A stretch of DNA of 64,000 nucleotides from assembly GCF_009914755.1 (NCBI RefSeq), contig NC_060929.1; one strand, written 5' to 3'. Under the pieces are notes generated by a model that had not been told where the DNA came from, did not search any database, and saw nothing but the letters and a program-made list of their open reading frames with translations. Positions 28,829 through 42,529 of the stretch are shown here, one piece after another (position 1 is the stretch's first letter; every line of letters starts with the position of its first letter). Source of the stretch: the human T2T-CHM13v2.0 reference genome, Homo sapiens. The position numbers and the translations under genes were made by a program.

Positions 28829-31800
28829 TGTGTCACGTTACATACACCTTTTCAGGCATTTGACCCTAATTGTCTATCCTGCATGACACCTACGATTTCA
28901 TCATATTCCCAGAACAACCCTCCCCACTCTTGCCCCACCCCATACACATCTCAAGCAGCCCCTTAGAGATTGTAGCCTTTCTTATGTTGCACTGGTTTTT
29001 CCCTTGAGAATGTGCCTTTGGATTTTGAGTACTTTCTCTCTTGGATTGTGAGAACTTTCTCTCTTCTGAGATGCTAAGTTAGCTATTCCCAAAAGCTTTG
29101 TTGTAAACAGAAGAAGAAATGGCCTTGAACTATTTACGTGTAATTAATTTTTATTCTGTCATACCAGCCTGGTATTCAACTCTGCTAACTCTCTAACATC
29201 TTGTAACTGATGATGTTATCACCTGATGGTTAAGGGCAACTGTTCTGTGTTTTGATTCTATATTTGGGTTTGCTCCCTAGTTCCACTGGATAGAATTTCT
29301 TTCTAATAGCTCATATTCCCATGGAGTTTCTACAAGCTTTCTCAGCTGGTTCGGCAGGACAGTTAATTAGCACAGCCACCTCAGCTGTGCTGACATTGGT
29401 TGATGATACCAGTGTAAAACCAGAAATGTTTTGGAATGATAGGCTGTACGAACGGATGCCAAAAGAGCCCTGCTGCCTTTTTCTCTTCTGTTCAAAATAT
29501 GTTTAATTGTAGCTCTTCTTCCAAAGTACAGATAACGCTAGTGATTAAAAAGAAAAAAAAACAAAACTGGTATGATAGCAAGGCAGATAGGAGATAATCA
29601 CTGGTCATTAAACAAAATTTATTTCCAAAGAAACAATATAAAGTTGTATGGGTTTGAAAGCACAAAATAATGTTATTTTTATCTTGCATCCAGTTCCACA
29701 TATGGCAGTCCTGCTGAGCATTGTGACCAGGCAAAGTTGAGGGACTTGTTACAGTGAGTTTATTAGCTGCAATGGGAACTTGTTTTATTTAATCTGTGCC
29801 AGGAGGCTATTATATGCAAATCACTAACATGGTACAGAGTTGGTTACAAAGAAAATATCAGGACAGAATGGGGAGATGTCCCCATATTCTACTGGAAGTA
29901 TCTCAATGGTATCATTTCACACTATTAATTTTTGAAGACATGTTAAAAATTAGCTTTCATAATCTCTCACTAAAAAAATTTTTTGACCGTTTAGATGAAA
30001 TTAAAGTCATAATGTTTAACTTTCTGGGGAATGTATGCAAGATGTCATTTTGAGAAGTCTCAAAATGGGACCTTTTCCTTAACTAAGCAGTGGGTGATCC
30101 CTTGCCCTTAGTCTGGTTTCTTTTGCATTCCTTGGCTTCAGTATATTGGACAAGAGACTGGCACCTGTCCTAAGGGCACCTGACATATGGGCTTTGGCAG
30201 AGCACAAGGACAGTAATCAATAGGGGTAGTTTTTGGCAAAAGATGACTGGCCAAATCAGGCATATGATCTCTTTGGACTTTTGAAGGTGATACATTTTGA
30301 AAGAATCAGCAGATAGCAGAGTAGCCTAGAAGATGAGTGACACACAGGAAAAAAAGTAAAGCAGCAAAAGCTTTAAGTGCAAGAAATAAAGTCATGTGTG
30401 AGAGAAGAAAGTAGAGGGAACTTGACTGATGGTATTAGCAGCAGTGGGTACCTAATTGTAGACAGCTGTCCTCCCATGATGGTGAAGCTCTAGACTAGTA
30501 AGCTGTGCACTGACTGGACTGAAAGATTATCAGGAGACCCAGTCACTGTCAGTGTACTTTGCTCAGGGGTTTACTTATGTGACTTTTAGTCCCTACCTCT
30601 TTCATGAGGCTTCCTGAGATGTTTTGCCATGTTCCTTTCTTTCTCTCAGTGTTCACAGACTAAACTCCCATGAACTCTGGGTGCCTGAGAATGTCTCTTC
30701 TTAGTAATCCAAGAATGCCTGATGAACACAGACCCAGGTCTTTCAAACCACTAATTTGAATCTTAGCTCTACCTTAACTAACAATTATTTTTTGGGTAAT
30801 TTAGGTAATCACAGAAGCAAGGCAGTCAGCTAAAAATGGATTGGTTTCTACATCTGAGACTGAAGAAGATCAGGCAGAGAGCTATACGCAATTAAATAGT
30901 TAAAATAGGACCTATATTTCTCTGGACTTCCAGTGCCAGTTTGGAATTCATGATCATATTTACATGTTTCTAGACAGATGTGTCATGGAATAATTGAAAT
31001 AGTCCTAAGACGTATTACTAAACTTTAGTTAGGAAGGCCATGCCTTCAGCCTGACATGTGCAAGTACAAATAGTCCATTCAGGGTTGTCATTACAGGGTC
31101 TTGCTCTGCTGGTCACATTCAGGTACCACCCATGTCTTGGAGGAAACATGGCTCATTTGTTCTGGGGAAAATGTTACTGCCATTCTCATCAATTCCTCTG
31201 TATTCCAAAAAGAAATGAAAGCAGTATTCTGAGTTGAGAAAGCTTTGATGATTTATGATTTAAAGAGGTCAACTAAAAAGACAGTTACGTGTGCATGGAG
31301 GTGGGGGAAATAAAGGAGGTGGGACGAGGCCTGGTAAATACGTGTGTATATAAGGTCAAGTCACATTTTCCAGGCCAAGTAGAAATTTTGCAAAGCCAGT
31401 GAGCTTTGAAAACTGTGAAGATATTTTTAATAGTTCCCCATGTTTTGCAAACTTTTAAATATCTCAATTACTTAGTCAACTCCAATTAAGTGTACAGAAT
31501 CCAAATTTTTAATAATTTGTCTCCCAAAGTGTGACATTCATTTTCACCTCATTGATAGATTAATGCCCAATAAATTACCTAAAATTAGAAACCAAACAAT
31601 ATGTAGACATGGCCTGAAAATTGTACTCCTGCCTTACTTTTACAAAATTGTCCAGAAAGTATCCATTAAATGCCTACTATGTACCAGGTGCTGTGCTCCA
31701 TGCCTTGTGAAGCAAAACTGTAGGAGAAAATCAGGTACCTGCACAGATACAGCAAAGTTTTATTTATCTGCATATTAGTTGTTAATTGTTTGATGAAGAA

Positions 31801-34179
31801 AGAATCTTTCCAAGTCATTGTGACACACTGCTTTCTGTAACAGCATGGTAGGAGGTCCAGTGGAAAATGAGTCAGACACAATCTCTGACCTCATGGATCT
31901 TTTATTCTATTTTCCCTATAACAATAATGACATAACACTGATGATATTGATGAGTCAGAGCTTGCCAAAAAATGGCCTTATTGACTGAGCAGATGAGGAA
32001 AATAATGCAACACAGAATGTAGAAGAGTTCTTTGATATGTCTCTCTTTGTTTGGCAAAGGGAGCTATGGAAACTCTGCTTCTGTTCCTGGCATCTACATG
32101 TCATTGTGAGTGAGGGTTTTAAAGACCTCTTGCTTCAAAACAACATGCTGACGGCTCAAAGATGGCATGCATATTACCATGTCAAAGACCATTTCATGTT
32201 TTCAATGTCTGCTTAAAGACAAACTTTGGCTGACTTCTTATTGAAATTTACTTTTGATCAAAACTTAGATGGATACAATTTTGCATATTTTGGACTGATT
32301 TAAATTAACTTTAGAAAGTTGCCATAAATATTTACATGCAGAAAGTCTAGCAACATACACATTTTTAGAAATATTGTTTTTCTATTTTGACTTGGTGAAG
32401 GAAAAGTCAGTACTAATGTACAATTAGTCTTACGTGCATTTATCATGGAAGAGGATACATATTTTTAAAAAATCAGATTCCCAGAGGAATCCATGACTCA
32501 ATGAAAGGTTAAGCTCCTCTGTATGAAATTGGGGACTTTGGAAGACTATTTTGTTTAAAGAAACGTGTTCTCCTATATTTTTCTGTGAGAACTGGCTGTT
32601 CAACAAATGTTGACTGAGTGAAAACCACTGTCTCAGAGTAATTACCTAAGGCTTTGCACTTAGAGAACGCATTTCCTTTCATGGACCCAAACTGTTCTAC
32701 AATGTGACAGGTAATTTGGCGTCGAAACAAAGTGGCAGACCTGTATAAGGCTAGAATGAAGAGAGAGGACTAACTAGTTTATTACAAAACCAGTAAATAA
32801 AACTCACTCCATCTGTGAACATTGTAGACATGTGTCTCCTAGTATTGCAAAGTCCTGCTTCAAGAGTATTTATTTATGTGTTGCTTGTTTATTTACTTAC
32901 CTTTTATGAGACGAGGCATAGCATGCAAGGATGATACTGTTGTGTAAAATTACCACTTGTGAAAGGATGCAAGGCATGCATTTGAGGAAGGTGGGGGATA
33001 CGGCTCCCCTTACTGGTTTATGCCCTCCTGGGTCTCCTGTTGTTGTCTCAGCCACTCTCTCTTCCACTCTCTTTCTTTCCCTGTGTCCACTGTCTGTTCC
33101 TCCTGCTTCTCCCTCCTTCCCTGACTGAGCCCTGTTTTTCTGTTTTCACGTGTTACCACTCTGCCTCCACCTCAGATTACAGGAAAGCCACAGCTCTGGA
33201 AATGGCCTGAGGGAGGCACAGGCTCACATTTCATTCGCCTGGAAAGTTAGAATTACAAATTAATCTACAGGAAACAATTGTTTGAGCAATTGAAAACTGA
33301 TGTGGACAACAGTCCATGCTGTCCTCTTCCAGCGGAGTGATGGAAGGGCTGAAGGCTGCAGTGTGCTCTTTCGAGCACGACCTCACGGAGAACATTCTCC
33401 AGTTAGCTTTTTAAAGGGGTTAAGTGAGGTAATTGAAGATGTTTACAGCATTATGCTTCTAATATAGTTACATTCATTTTGGATTTGATGAAATTATCAG
33501 CTATTTAACAGCCTTTGGGTTGTTTTGACTGCAACATTTTCATTTATACTTTAATGCAAAAATGCCAACTATAGAATTCCTTTTTGCTAGTGGGGGTGGG
33601 GTGGTAAAAAGAAGCTCAGACAACATGATTTATACAAGGCCTGTTCTCGTAAGACACATGCTACTTCTGAGGCTTTAGAAATTAATACTGCATTTAAATT
33701 AATTCCTTCCTCCCTCCCACCCTCCCTCCCTCCTCTCAATCCGCTTCCTCTTTCTCTTTCTTCCTTTCACATCTGCTAAAAATATTTGGTCACTTAAAAA
33801 AATATCTCAAATCCAATGTATCTTACATCAAAAGAAATAGTTGTCAGTGCAGGCTAATGAGCATTTTTACACCCTTTTGGTCTATTTTGTGTTATTATGT
33901 ATGACATATCAGCAAGATTTCAAAAAGTGAGGTAAAACTAGTGATTTTATACCAAAAATAGCTTTCCTCATTTTGAGAACATTGAAACTAGGAGTAACAG
34001 TTTCTTTCATAGTTTCCTCAGGGTCCCATTGGAGGGTAGGGCCAGCTCTAGATATGGTGAATTCTAAATTTTGCATCATTAGACTTGATTATGCATTTCA
34101 TATTTTAGGTAACTTTCATATTAATTTTTTAGTAGCAGCATGTTATTGCTGTTATTACTCTTGGTGATAATTAGCTTCA

Positions 34180-34570
34180 TTTCAATTCTTAATTCAATGC
34201 ATGGTTAAAAACTGTCTACCATGATATAGAGGGTGCTGTGCTAGATATTATAGTAGTTGGTGGATGAGGAAGACCCAGTCTTGGCCTTGGAAGAGTCATT
34301 AGACATAATGTCGAATGTGTAAAATATTCACTCATCCATTTGTTCAGTCAAAATTTACTGAGGGTCCATATGTGAATGACACTGCTCCACGCTGTATATG
34401 GAGCACAGATGGTTGAGAAACAACTCTTGCCTTTATAGAGAAAGTGTAAAAGAAAAAAAAAAAGCAAACGATTAAATATTTAAAAGAGTAAATAGACACT
34501 TGTAAATAGAGTCTGAGTGAAGTGGAGCACTGAGGAAGGAGAGATTATTTACAACAGAAAGATCAGGGAA
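34180..34570 (-). mobile_element. L2 3'-end fragments
   Basis: cattc/atttactgagggtcc..tgtg..cactg; tgctgtgctagata..gacccagtcttggcctt. Confidence 0.45.
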
Positions 34571-36491
34571 CGTTTCTGTCATAGCCCTGGGAGTAGGGGA
34601 ACCAGCAGGAGACCAGTGGGTATGGAAGACCACTCCGCTCTCCACTTAGCATCATGGTGCCATTAGCATGGCCAAACTTGTGTGGAATCCAGTTCCAATA
34701 TTCTTAGACCTGAAGATGCTCTTGTTTGGCTAGAAGTGAGACAATGTAACTTAGCCTAAGTTCATTATCACCAAACAGCTATTTTTGTTTTTTGCATAGC
34801 TCAGTAACTCTGTGGTTCTAATCTTCTCATTCTCCCTGGTAATTCTGACGCCCCCAGTTTAAGGAGCACTGATCTGAACAGATGGGACACTGGCCCTTTC
34901 AAGTAACCTATATTATTACATGCTTATGATAGGAAATTAATAGCTCTAATCTTATTTTCTAATGAAACTGACAGCTTATGGGACTCATTAGTTAACAAGC
35001 CCCTTTAATGACTGAGAGCTTACCAAAGAGTACAGGAATTTTAGTTTTAAGTTCAAAGTTGTGTTTCAAAATAGCAGGAAGATGTTTGCTGAATTGGCTA
35101 GCTTATCTTCAGCCATTTGTAAATCTTTAATTCAAAAAATATTCTTGCTTTTCTCGCATTGTTATTTGTCCACTGATGAATTCCCTGCTACACACTTTCC
35201 TTCCATGGGCAACTAACCAATATACTTAGTCTCTTTTTCCTGGAAAGAACATAAAACATAACATGACTTTTATACAGAATTTTTATTTATAAAATTGACC
35301 TTTTCTTGAATGGACAGTTTTCCTCTTTATATTTGATGCATACACCTGGGAATACAATCAGAAGATTCCTATTGATTGTTCTGAAGCAATTTCATTCTGG
35401 TCATGGTTGTTCTGGATTTGCAATTATACTGAGGAGAGGTATTATTGACTGGTCCTGGTAATTACCACACTGACATCAGATTCAGCTGGAGGTGAAACCA
35501 ACCTACATCTCCATGTTGGTGTTCTCGTTATAAAAGATTTGCACTGATACTTCCAATCTAGCGATGAACAACACATGATGTTACGTTTTAGTCATAGCAA
35601 TTTATTTCACTATGCAGTTCATTTATTTTTGAGTATAAGCAGCTTAAGGTACTGACTTAGGAAATGTATACATTGGGGAAGTTAATTATCGACCTACACC
35701 ACGTATACTTTTGTCTAGCAGAACAAATAGGTCATCTTTTGTATTAAAACAATGGCTTTTAGACAGATCTTATAAGTAGATGGATTACTCTTGCATGTGT
35801 TTAATCAGATCAAAGGTAGCCTTATAAATAGTGAATCTACTTTTAATATAAATTTGAATTTCTTAGATTATATGAAATAAATATTTATGTATAGTCTCAA
35901 AGCAACAACAGTATAATTATCCTTAGAAAATAGAACTCTTTTATGAATGCCAAACTCAGTTTACTCCATTGGGTAAATTCAATGGAACACGTATGTAAAT
36001 AAAGGTTATATAGAACTAGCATTGTCTAATACTTAATCCCAAGCCTGAATATACAGAAAAAGTGTACTGGTGTAACAACCCATCAGGCCATGTACAGAGA
36101 AGCTTAGCTTAACCTATAGACTGCAATGTATGCTCATAAATGTTAGGAAATGAAAAATATATTGGTTATACTTGGTATACAATTAAAAAAATCTATATGT
36201 AATTTGTTCAAAGTAATTTTCAAATATGTGTATTGCTTTTGCATTTTTCATAAAATACTTTAATTTTCTAATTGATATTAACATAATCAAAAATTCTTAT
36301 CAGTATAAGAATTTTTTAAATGGGACTCTTCATGTGTAGAACATAGGCAATTCTCTATTAACCACTGATGCAATAGGCACTCCAGCTTTATTTGTGTAAA
36401 AAAGCAAATCATTATGATTATAATGTGAAAGTTCAATAAGAAAACATCATTTGCTACTTCTACCTATAGAAAAAATATGTCATTTAATTTG

Positions 36492-36638
36492 CAAAATCCA
36501 AACTTTTAATTTCCAAAATCCATTTTTATTTGCTTCAGCTCACTTTTGGCTAACATATTTAGACCAAAATCCAAACTTTTAATTTATAATATCCATTTTT
36601 TTTTTGGTTCAGCTCACTTTTGGCTAACATGTTTAGAC
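36492..36638. repeat. 73/74-bp tandem duplication
   Basis: caaaatccaaacttttaattt...ttcagctcacttttggctaacat.tttagac at 36492-36564 and 36565-36638. Confidence 0.95.
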
Positions 36639-38368
36639 CCAGTGTACTTGCATCAGAAAATTATTTATTTCAACAAAGACTCAGTTTATATTATGAAAGA
36701 CTGTAGCTTTTTTATTGTTTTATGAAGTACAATAATTCTAGGATCAATATAATACCCTTAAAGAGGTTTTATTCATATTTTTCTGGACAGACTGTTATTA
36801 TTGCAGAGTTTAGACAGGATATTTCTATGGTGAGAGACCCACCCAACAACTGAGAAATTCCGTATGCAATTTGCAGATCTTGATCACATGACATTTCTGA
36901 TTTTCTCTAGATAGCTAGAGAGGCACAAGTTTAGGAATAGGCCTGTTATAGAAGATGTTGCCTGTGTCCAATCCCTCACACTCTCAGGTGAACTAAACTA
37001 TTGAGAAGTCTGCATTTGCTACCTTCTGACAGTACAGTATTTTAGAATATTAGCTTTGAGGAGATGGATGAATTAGTCAGAGGTAAAGCTGATTACTATT
37101 ATTTCAGTGTGGTCCTATTAATGCAGGGAAGAGAAATACTCAATTTTGTGGTCATAGAACGCACACAGATCTCTCCACGGTCATCTTACCAAGCTGCCTC
37201 AGTCTCCCAGGGTGCTTTATAACAGAGTACAGATGTTTTAGTACAAATCCATCACCACCACTCAGAAAAACCATGTTAATCAGAAGAAACATCAAAAGCA
37301 TCAGCTTGGAATCCCAAAGGAGCGGTGGCAGGTGCAGGTAGTGTCACTGCCTCTGACGTGCTGGGGCCGCATTCAGAAGGGATGCTGTCTCTACTGGCAG
37401 GCAGAAAGCACTGAGGCCTGAATCACTTGAGTGAGCAAAAGTTTTATCCGAAATATTCAGATAACTTGGGCAAAAGCAAATGTTTGGTTTAAATAGAGTA
37501 GATAAGAGACTCAATTTTTCATTTTGCTTTTGTAGATAGGACTGGGTTGATCAACTCAGGAAGAAAGGGAACAAGTATATCCTATTTAAGACTCTAAAAT
37601 ATTTGCCGAGATTTACTGCTATTTCCAAAGAGTCACATAAAGACATGTTGGATATAAAATATTTTATATCTTTAATTGGACTCTAAATTCCTACCATGTG
37701 GGGATTATCATTTTTTAAAATTCATTCTATACCTAGCATATTATGGATCACATAGGGACCAACCCGGAATTGTCTGTGAAATAGAATTATTGAATAATTG
37801 CATTTACGAACGTCGTCTTCTTTTGGAAGAATATTTCACCTCCTCCATGTCTGCAGATAAAATGCTGATGTGCTTTTTTCTCTTGACATCCAAAATTACA
37901 AGTTAAACAAAACAAAACAAAAGTTTGAATGGAGTCAACACATCCAAGTGAATTGAAAAAAGAGATGATATTGAAGTCAGAACAAAAAATGTTTTGTAAT
38001 TTTAAAGAAAACATAAAGCTGAAGCAAAGCAGCAATAGAAAATGCAACAAATAATCAATTTTTCCCCCACTGAATCTAGGTGCCTTTAACATTGTCAAAA
38101 ATCACACCAACACCAGTGATACACACAATTTGGATATATTTTGTTTCAATGATCTTTCAGCAAATATTGTCTTGAGATAACTCCATGCCTTGTGACAGTT
38201 CTATGATCATTTAAAACATTAAGCTTCAACCAAGGTCAGAGAACAAAGAGAAATGCAAATGCACATATTTAAAACTAACAATGAATCTCACCTTCCAGGA
38301 AAAGGATTGCACTTCTACTAGTATAATGGAAAAGTATAGACAGGAAAATATGGTAGAAGCTCCTCTGT

Positions 38369-38396
38369 TCTCTCTCTCTCTCTCTCTCACTCTCTG

Positions 38397-38478
<82 letters not shown>
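38369..38478. repeat. Compound (TC)n-(TCTCTG)n-(CA)n microsatellite
   Basis: Direct reading. Confidence 0.97.
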
Positions 38479-38480
<2 letters not shown>

Positions 38481-40042
38481 CATACTTTATTTTAAAAATA
38501 TACAGTGAATTGGCTGTTTGGAAGTAACAGGCATCTTAATCTGATTTCACCAGAGTTTTAGGGAATGATTAACTCTTACATTTGCAAAATTGAGTTAGAA
38601 TATTTAATACAATGTAATATGAAATTGAAACAGATGAGACTTCTTCATAAATTAAGTGCCTGGAAGATTTGGAAAACTTCTGAGAGAGACATCGTGTGAA
38701 TTTTTCCTCCCTGCATGTCCGCACTGCAGTTGCAGAGTGGGCAGATAACACATGGAAGCCAGTGTGGCCCTATTTCCCCAGTGTTCACAGGACATGGGGC
38801 ACAAAGGGCCAGCATCTTTTCGCTGTTGCTGCTTGCCATATTTAGTCACTGAGATCTGGAACGGGCCTGAGGAATGCTGAACTGAACTGTTGCTTATGTC
38901 ATTAAAAACTCAACTAGGCAGAAAGCTAGGAATGGAGCAGTTGACAAAGATAAAGCCGAGAGCTCTGTGGCTTATCCTTAATTAGGTGTTGGCATTGGTT
39001 CTTGTCAAACAAGGGGAAAGAGAGTGTGCTGTAGCACACGGACGCACACAGACAGCCCTAGTCACAGTTGGAGAGAACACAAAGTGCATTCAAGCTGGCA
39101 TTGAAAGGGATTTAGATAAGTACTCGAGGTAACAAAAATCGAAAAAGGAGGATGATAGCAATGGAAGCTTTAGATGAATTGCAACTGAGTGCACCTTTAT
39201 TACAGCTTATCAGTCTCCAGACAGCTACAAACCAACCTTCCTAGTGCATTTCTCTTCGTGCTCTCCTGGATTAAAGGTCAAAGTAACTCAGATTTATATG
39301 TTCTGTCGCGCGGTCTCAGTCTCTCCCGTTGCTCACGTATATGGAGCCCATATCCCAGGGATTTGGTATCCCTGGCATGAAACTTTGCTCCTTGAATGAA
39401 GCAAAAGCCTTTCCTCATTGAAAAGGGTCCATTTTTCTAAAATAACTATCTCATAGGAAGAGGTTGCAAATAATGCAATATTAAAAGATCTCAAAGATGC
39501 TACTGGCATAAATACACACATGGCAACGTGCCAGCTCTAATCGTTCTTGTCCATAATTATGGTTATATTTTGCATCGATCTGACATATTCAAAAGCTAAT
39601 ATTCTGGTTTATTAGAACAGAGTCTATATGTATTCTCAACATACACAAAAGCTGTGTGTTTTCATAATATGTATAAGCACTTCAGACGGTAAGCTGTGCA
39701 CATTGCAGCTAGCAGATGGTAGCTCTTATCACAGATAAAAGCACATATATATGTTTCTGTAACTACACCCTCAGAGAGAACGGATAAGAGAAGAATTCTC
39801 TCCACATCACAGCTTACATTACCCATCTACTTAGGCAGCAAACAGCATATGTTTTACTGCTGTGGAAAGGCAGTACTTGAGAGGAAAATATGATTAAAAT
39901 AAACTTAGAGATAACCTGATGAATAAATACAAAAAACCCCTCTGTGTTAATTGAAAGTTAGGGTGTGTGTGTGCATGTGTGTGTGTGAAGGAAAGGATGT
40001 CTTAGTACATTCAGGAAGTAAGAAAATAAAGAGTACATCTTT

Positions 40043-40276
40043 CAGTGTTGCCGGGTAGAATGCAGGATTCCCAATTAAGTCAACTTTCAAATGAAAAATG
40101 AATAATATTTTAGTATAAGTATATTCCAAATTGTGCATGCTCCATATTCCATGCAATATTTGAGACATTCTTATACTAAAATATCATGAGTTGTTTATCT
40201 GAAATTCAAATTGGAGCCCCCTAGCCCCCCACACATCATAATTTATTTATTTATTTTGCTAAATCTGACAACCATA
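40043..40276 (+). mobile_element. MER53 palindromic hAT MITE
   Basis: gttgcc..tttagtataagtat..cttatactaaaa..gttgtttatctgaaattcaaatt..tttgctaaatctgacaacc. Confidence 0.85.
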
Positions 40277-42458
40277 GTTTTCAGCTGCTGTTATTAATGG
40301 TTTTAATCAGTGTTCCCAGTGTTCCAGGTGAAAGGACAGCTATCAACAGGCAAATCTATTTTGGAAGATATGATTTCAAATATTTGTATGCTTTTTCTGT
40401 TCATACAAATCCAGCAAGGATTTTGAACATTTATCTGAATGATGCAGTCAATAATAAAGCTAGTATGGATAACTTAGGAAATAGATCTCCCCGCCCCACA
40501 TCCCCAGTTTTAGATTCTGGTTTGGAACTATTTGGATAATTATTTCACTTCGGCTATACAAGCTTATCTTTTTTCCCCCATTTATGAATTTGATCTATTA
40601 TTTTAGACTAAGATCTATCTGCAGTCATAAAATAGGAGACAGGCTTTAAACACTCTACAAGTACACATTTGTATTCTCATGGTGAGATAGGCATTCAACT
40701 GGAAGGTTAAATGGAGTTCAGATAATTTCTTTTTTTATTCTTTGCTCTGGCTTTTGTCTCATGTCTTTCAGCAAAAGTGAATAAAGATGTCTCCATTTTA
40801 CACCAAAAGATTCAATTACTTTTCAAATGCTGGGTCAACATCTGCAGATGAACAATCTTAACCAACGTATTTTGATTCTACACAAACTTATGTGACACTT
40901 TTGTTTTCTCTCCAAGAGCAGAGAATAGATTCAAGCCTGCTATTCTGAGCTGGAGCTTCCACTGCCACTAGCACTGAACTTTTGGCAGGCAGCCAACCAA
41001 TCTCTGTAGCCCAGTGAAACTGATTCCATCTGCTCCAGCAGTGCAATATATTCCACTTCAGGTCAAAAGCGGGGAGCCAGCAGTATTAACATTACACTAA
41101 TCTGTAAAGACATTTTCACTGGGCTAGATAGGCTAATGTTACACAGGCTTTCAAAGCTTCAAGGGTAAGGAGCAACAGTAATTGTCAGGGGAAGATACAG
41201 TAGGCAGTGGATTCTTGCTGAGAATATTCCAAGATAGTCTAGATGAATGGTTCTAAAGAATGAAGAAAGAAAGAAAGAAATACCTTTTAAAAGAGACAAG
41301 TCATTTGCTATCTTGTTAAGCAGGTATTTCAAACACAGCTTTGGATCATATGTTTAGCAATTATAAACTCTATTGTCCTTTTTTTTTTCTCATTTACTCC
41401 TGTATCCCCAAAACTTCTTAAGCACACACGTTTACACACACACAACCTCAAAGCCTATTAAATAATTGATGAGAAGTACAATCTCTATTTAATCTCTATT
41501 TAAAAAACCTAGCTGGAAATAAATTGCTTAGTATAACCTTGGTGTTATAAAATGAGAACTATTTCCAAGCTCTTAACAGATTTGTTAAATAAAAGTGAGC
41601 ATGTGGCTAACCCCTCCTCCATCTTCTCCTCCCCCTCTACTTCATCCCAGCTACCCCTCCCTGCTTTTCTGTGGTTTGTAGAAAATATGCATAGTTTGGG
41701 GATACACAGCTCTATAATCAATTGCTCTTTAAACATAAGATACCAAGGACTTTATTATAGGCCCTTAATGGAAAATATACTGAAGGAGAATACTCTGAAA
41801 GCAGATTAATGTATACGATGGAAATTTAATACCAGTAGCAGAAAGGGTCTTTTTCATTTCCCTAGTTCTTTGGTTGGGGGGAGAAAGGTAGTTTAAGATT
41901 CATGCCTTCAGGCACATCAGAAGGCATTAACAACTACATTTCAGGAAATTGTAATGTATAAAAATTCAATTTAGCCTGCTTGATTTTCTTTTAGTAGAAG
42001 AGGAAAAATGTTTGGCTGGAAATAAACCGTATGAAAATTCCCACAATTAGGAAGTATACAGCTATGTTTTTGCTATAATTTGATGTTATGCACAGTTGAC
42101 GTGAAAAATTACTTTTGTGCTAGAATGATAGATTTCCCTCTAGATGGAAATATGCTATCTCTGTAATTTAAAAAGTAACAAAACCCACACATAATTTCAG
42201 TTTTCTTTCCTTACAGAGTAAGTGAAAATCTAGGGTTATACAAAGTTTTCACTTATCTTCCTCTTTTTTAAACTTAAATATGAAAGCTGTTTGGAAATTT
42301 GTAAAACTATTGGGCTTTTCAATCTCAGAAAATAATGAAGTAAATTTGGCAAGCATTTTTATTGTACATATTTAACACTTACTCCCTCCATTTATTCCTT
42401 GTCATAAAAATTTGGCTATAAAAGGAACTAAACTTACATAGAATTGAAGACCTCCCCT

Positions 42459-42460
42459 TC

Positions 42461-42488
<28 letters not shown>
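42459..42488. repeat. Poly(T) run of about 29 nt
   Basis: Direct reading. Confidence 0.9.
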
Positions 42489-42491
<3 letters not shown>

Positions 42492-42529
42492 GTTCTCCAT
42501 CTAAATGGAAAATTCACACAGGGTACAGG

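Noticed and set aside
29018-29063. 23-bp tandem duplication (similar ones at 59049-59092, 41480-41501 and 22567-22612)
   Set aside because: Ordinary slippage duplications with two copies and no spacers; not CRISPR-like.
33363-33378. GTGCTC-TTTC-GAGCAC hairpin resembling a histone stem-loop
   Set aside because: The stem lacks the conserved GG..CC base and U-A closing pair; no histone CDS upstream.
37804-37848. Minus-strand micro-ORF MEEVKYSSKRRRRS with good Kozak context
   Set aside because: Only 14 codons, no transcript evidence; expected by chance.
38241-38260. AACAAAG near ATGCAAAT (Sox plus octamer)
   Set aside because: Orientation and spacing do not match the canonical Sox-Oct composite.
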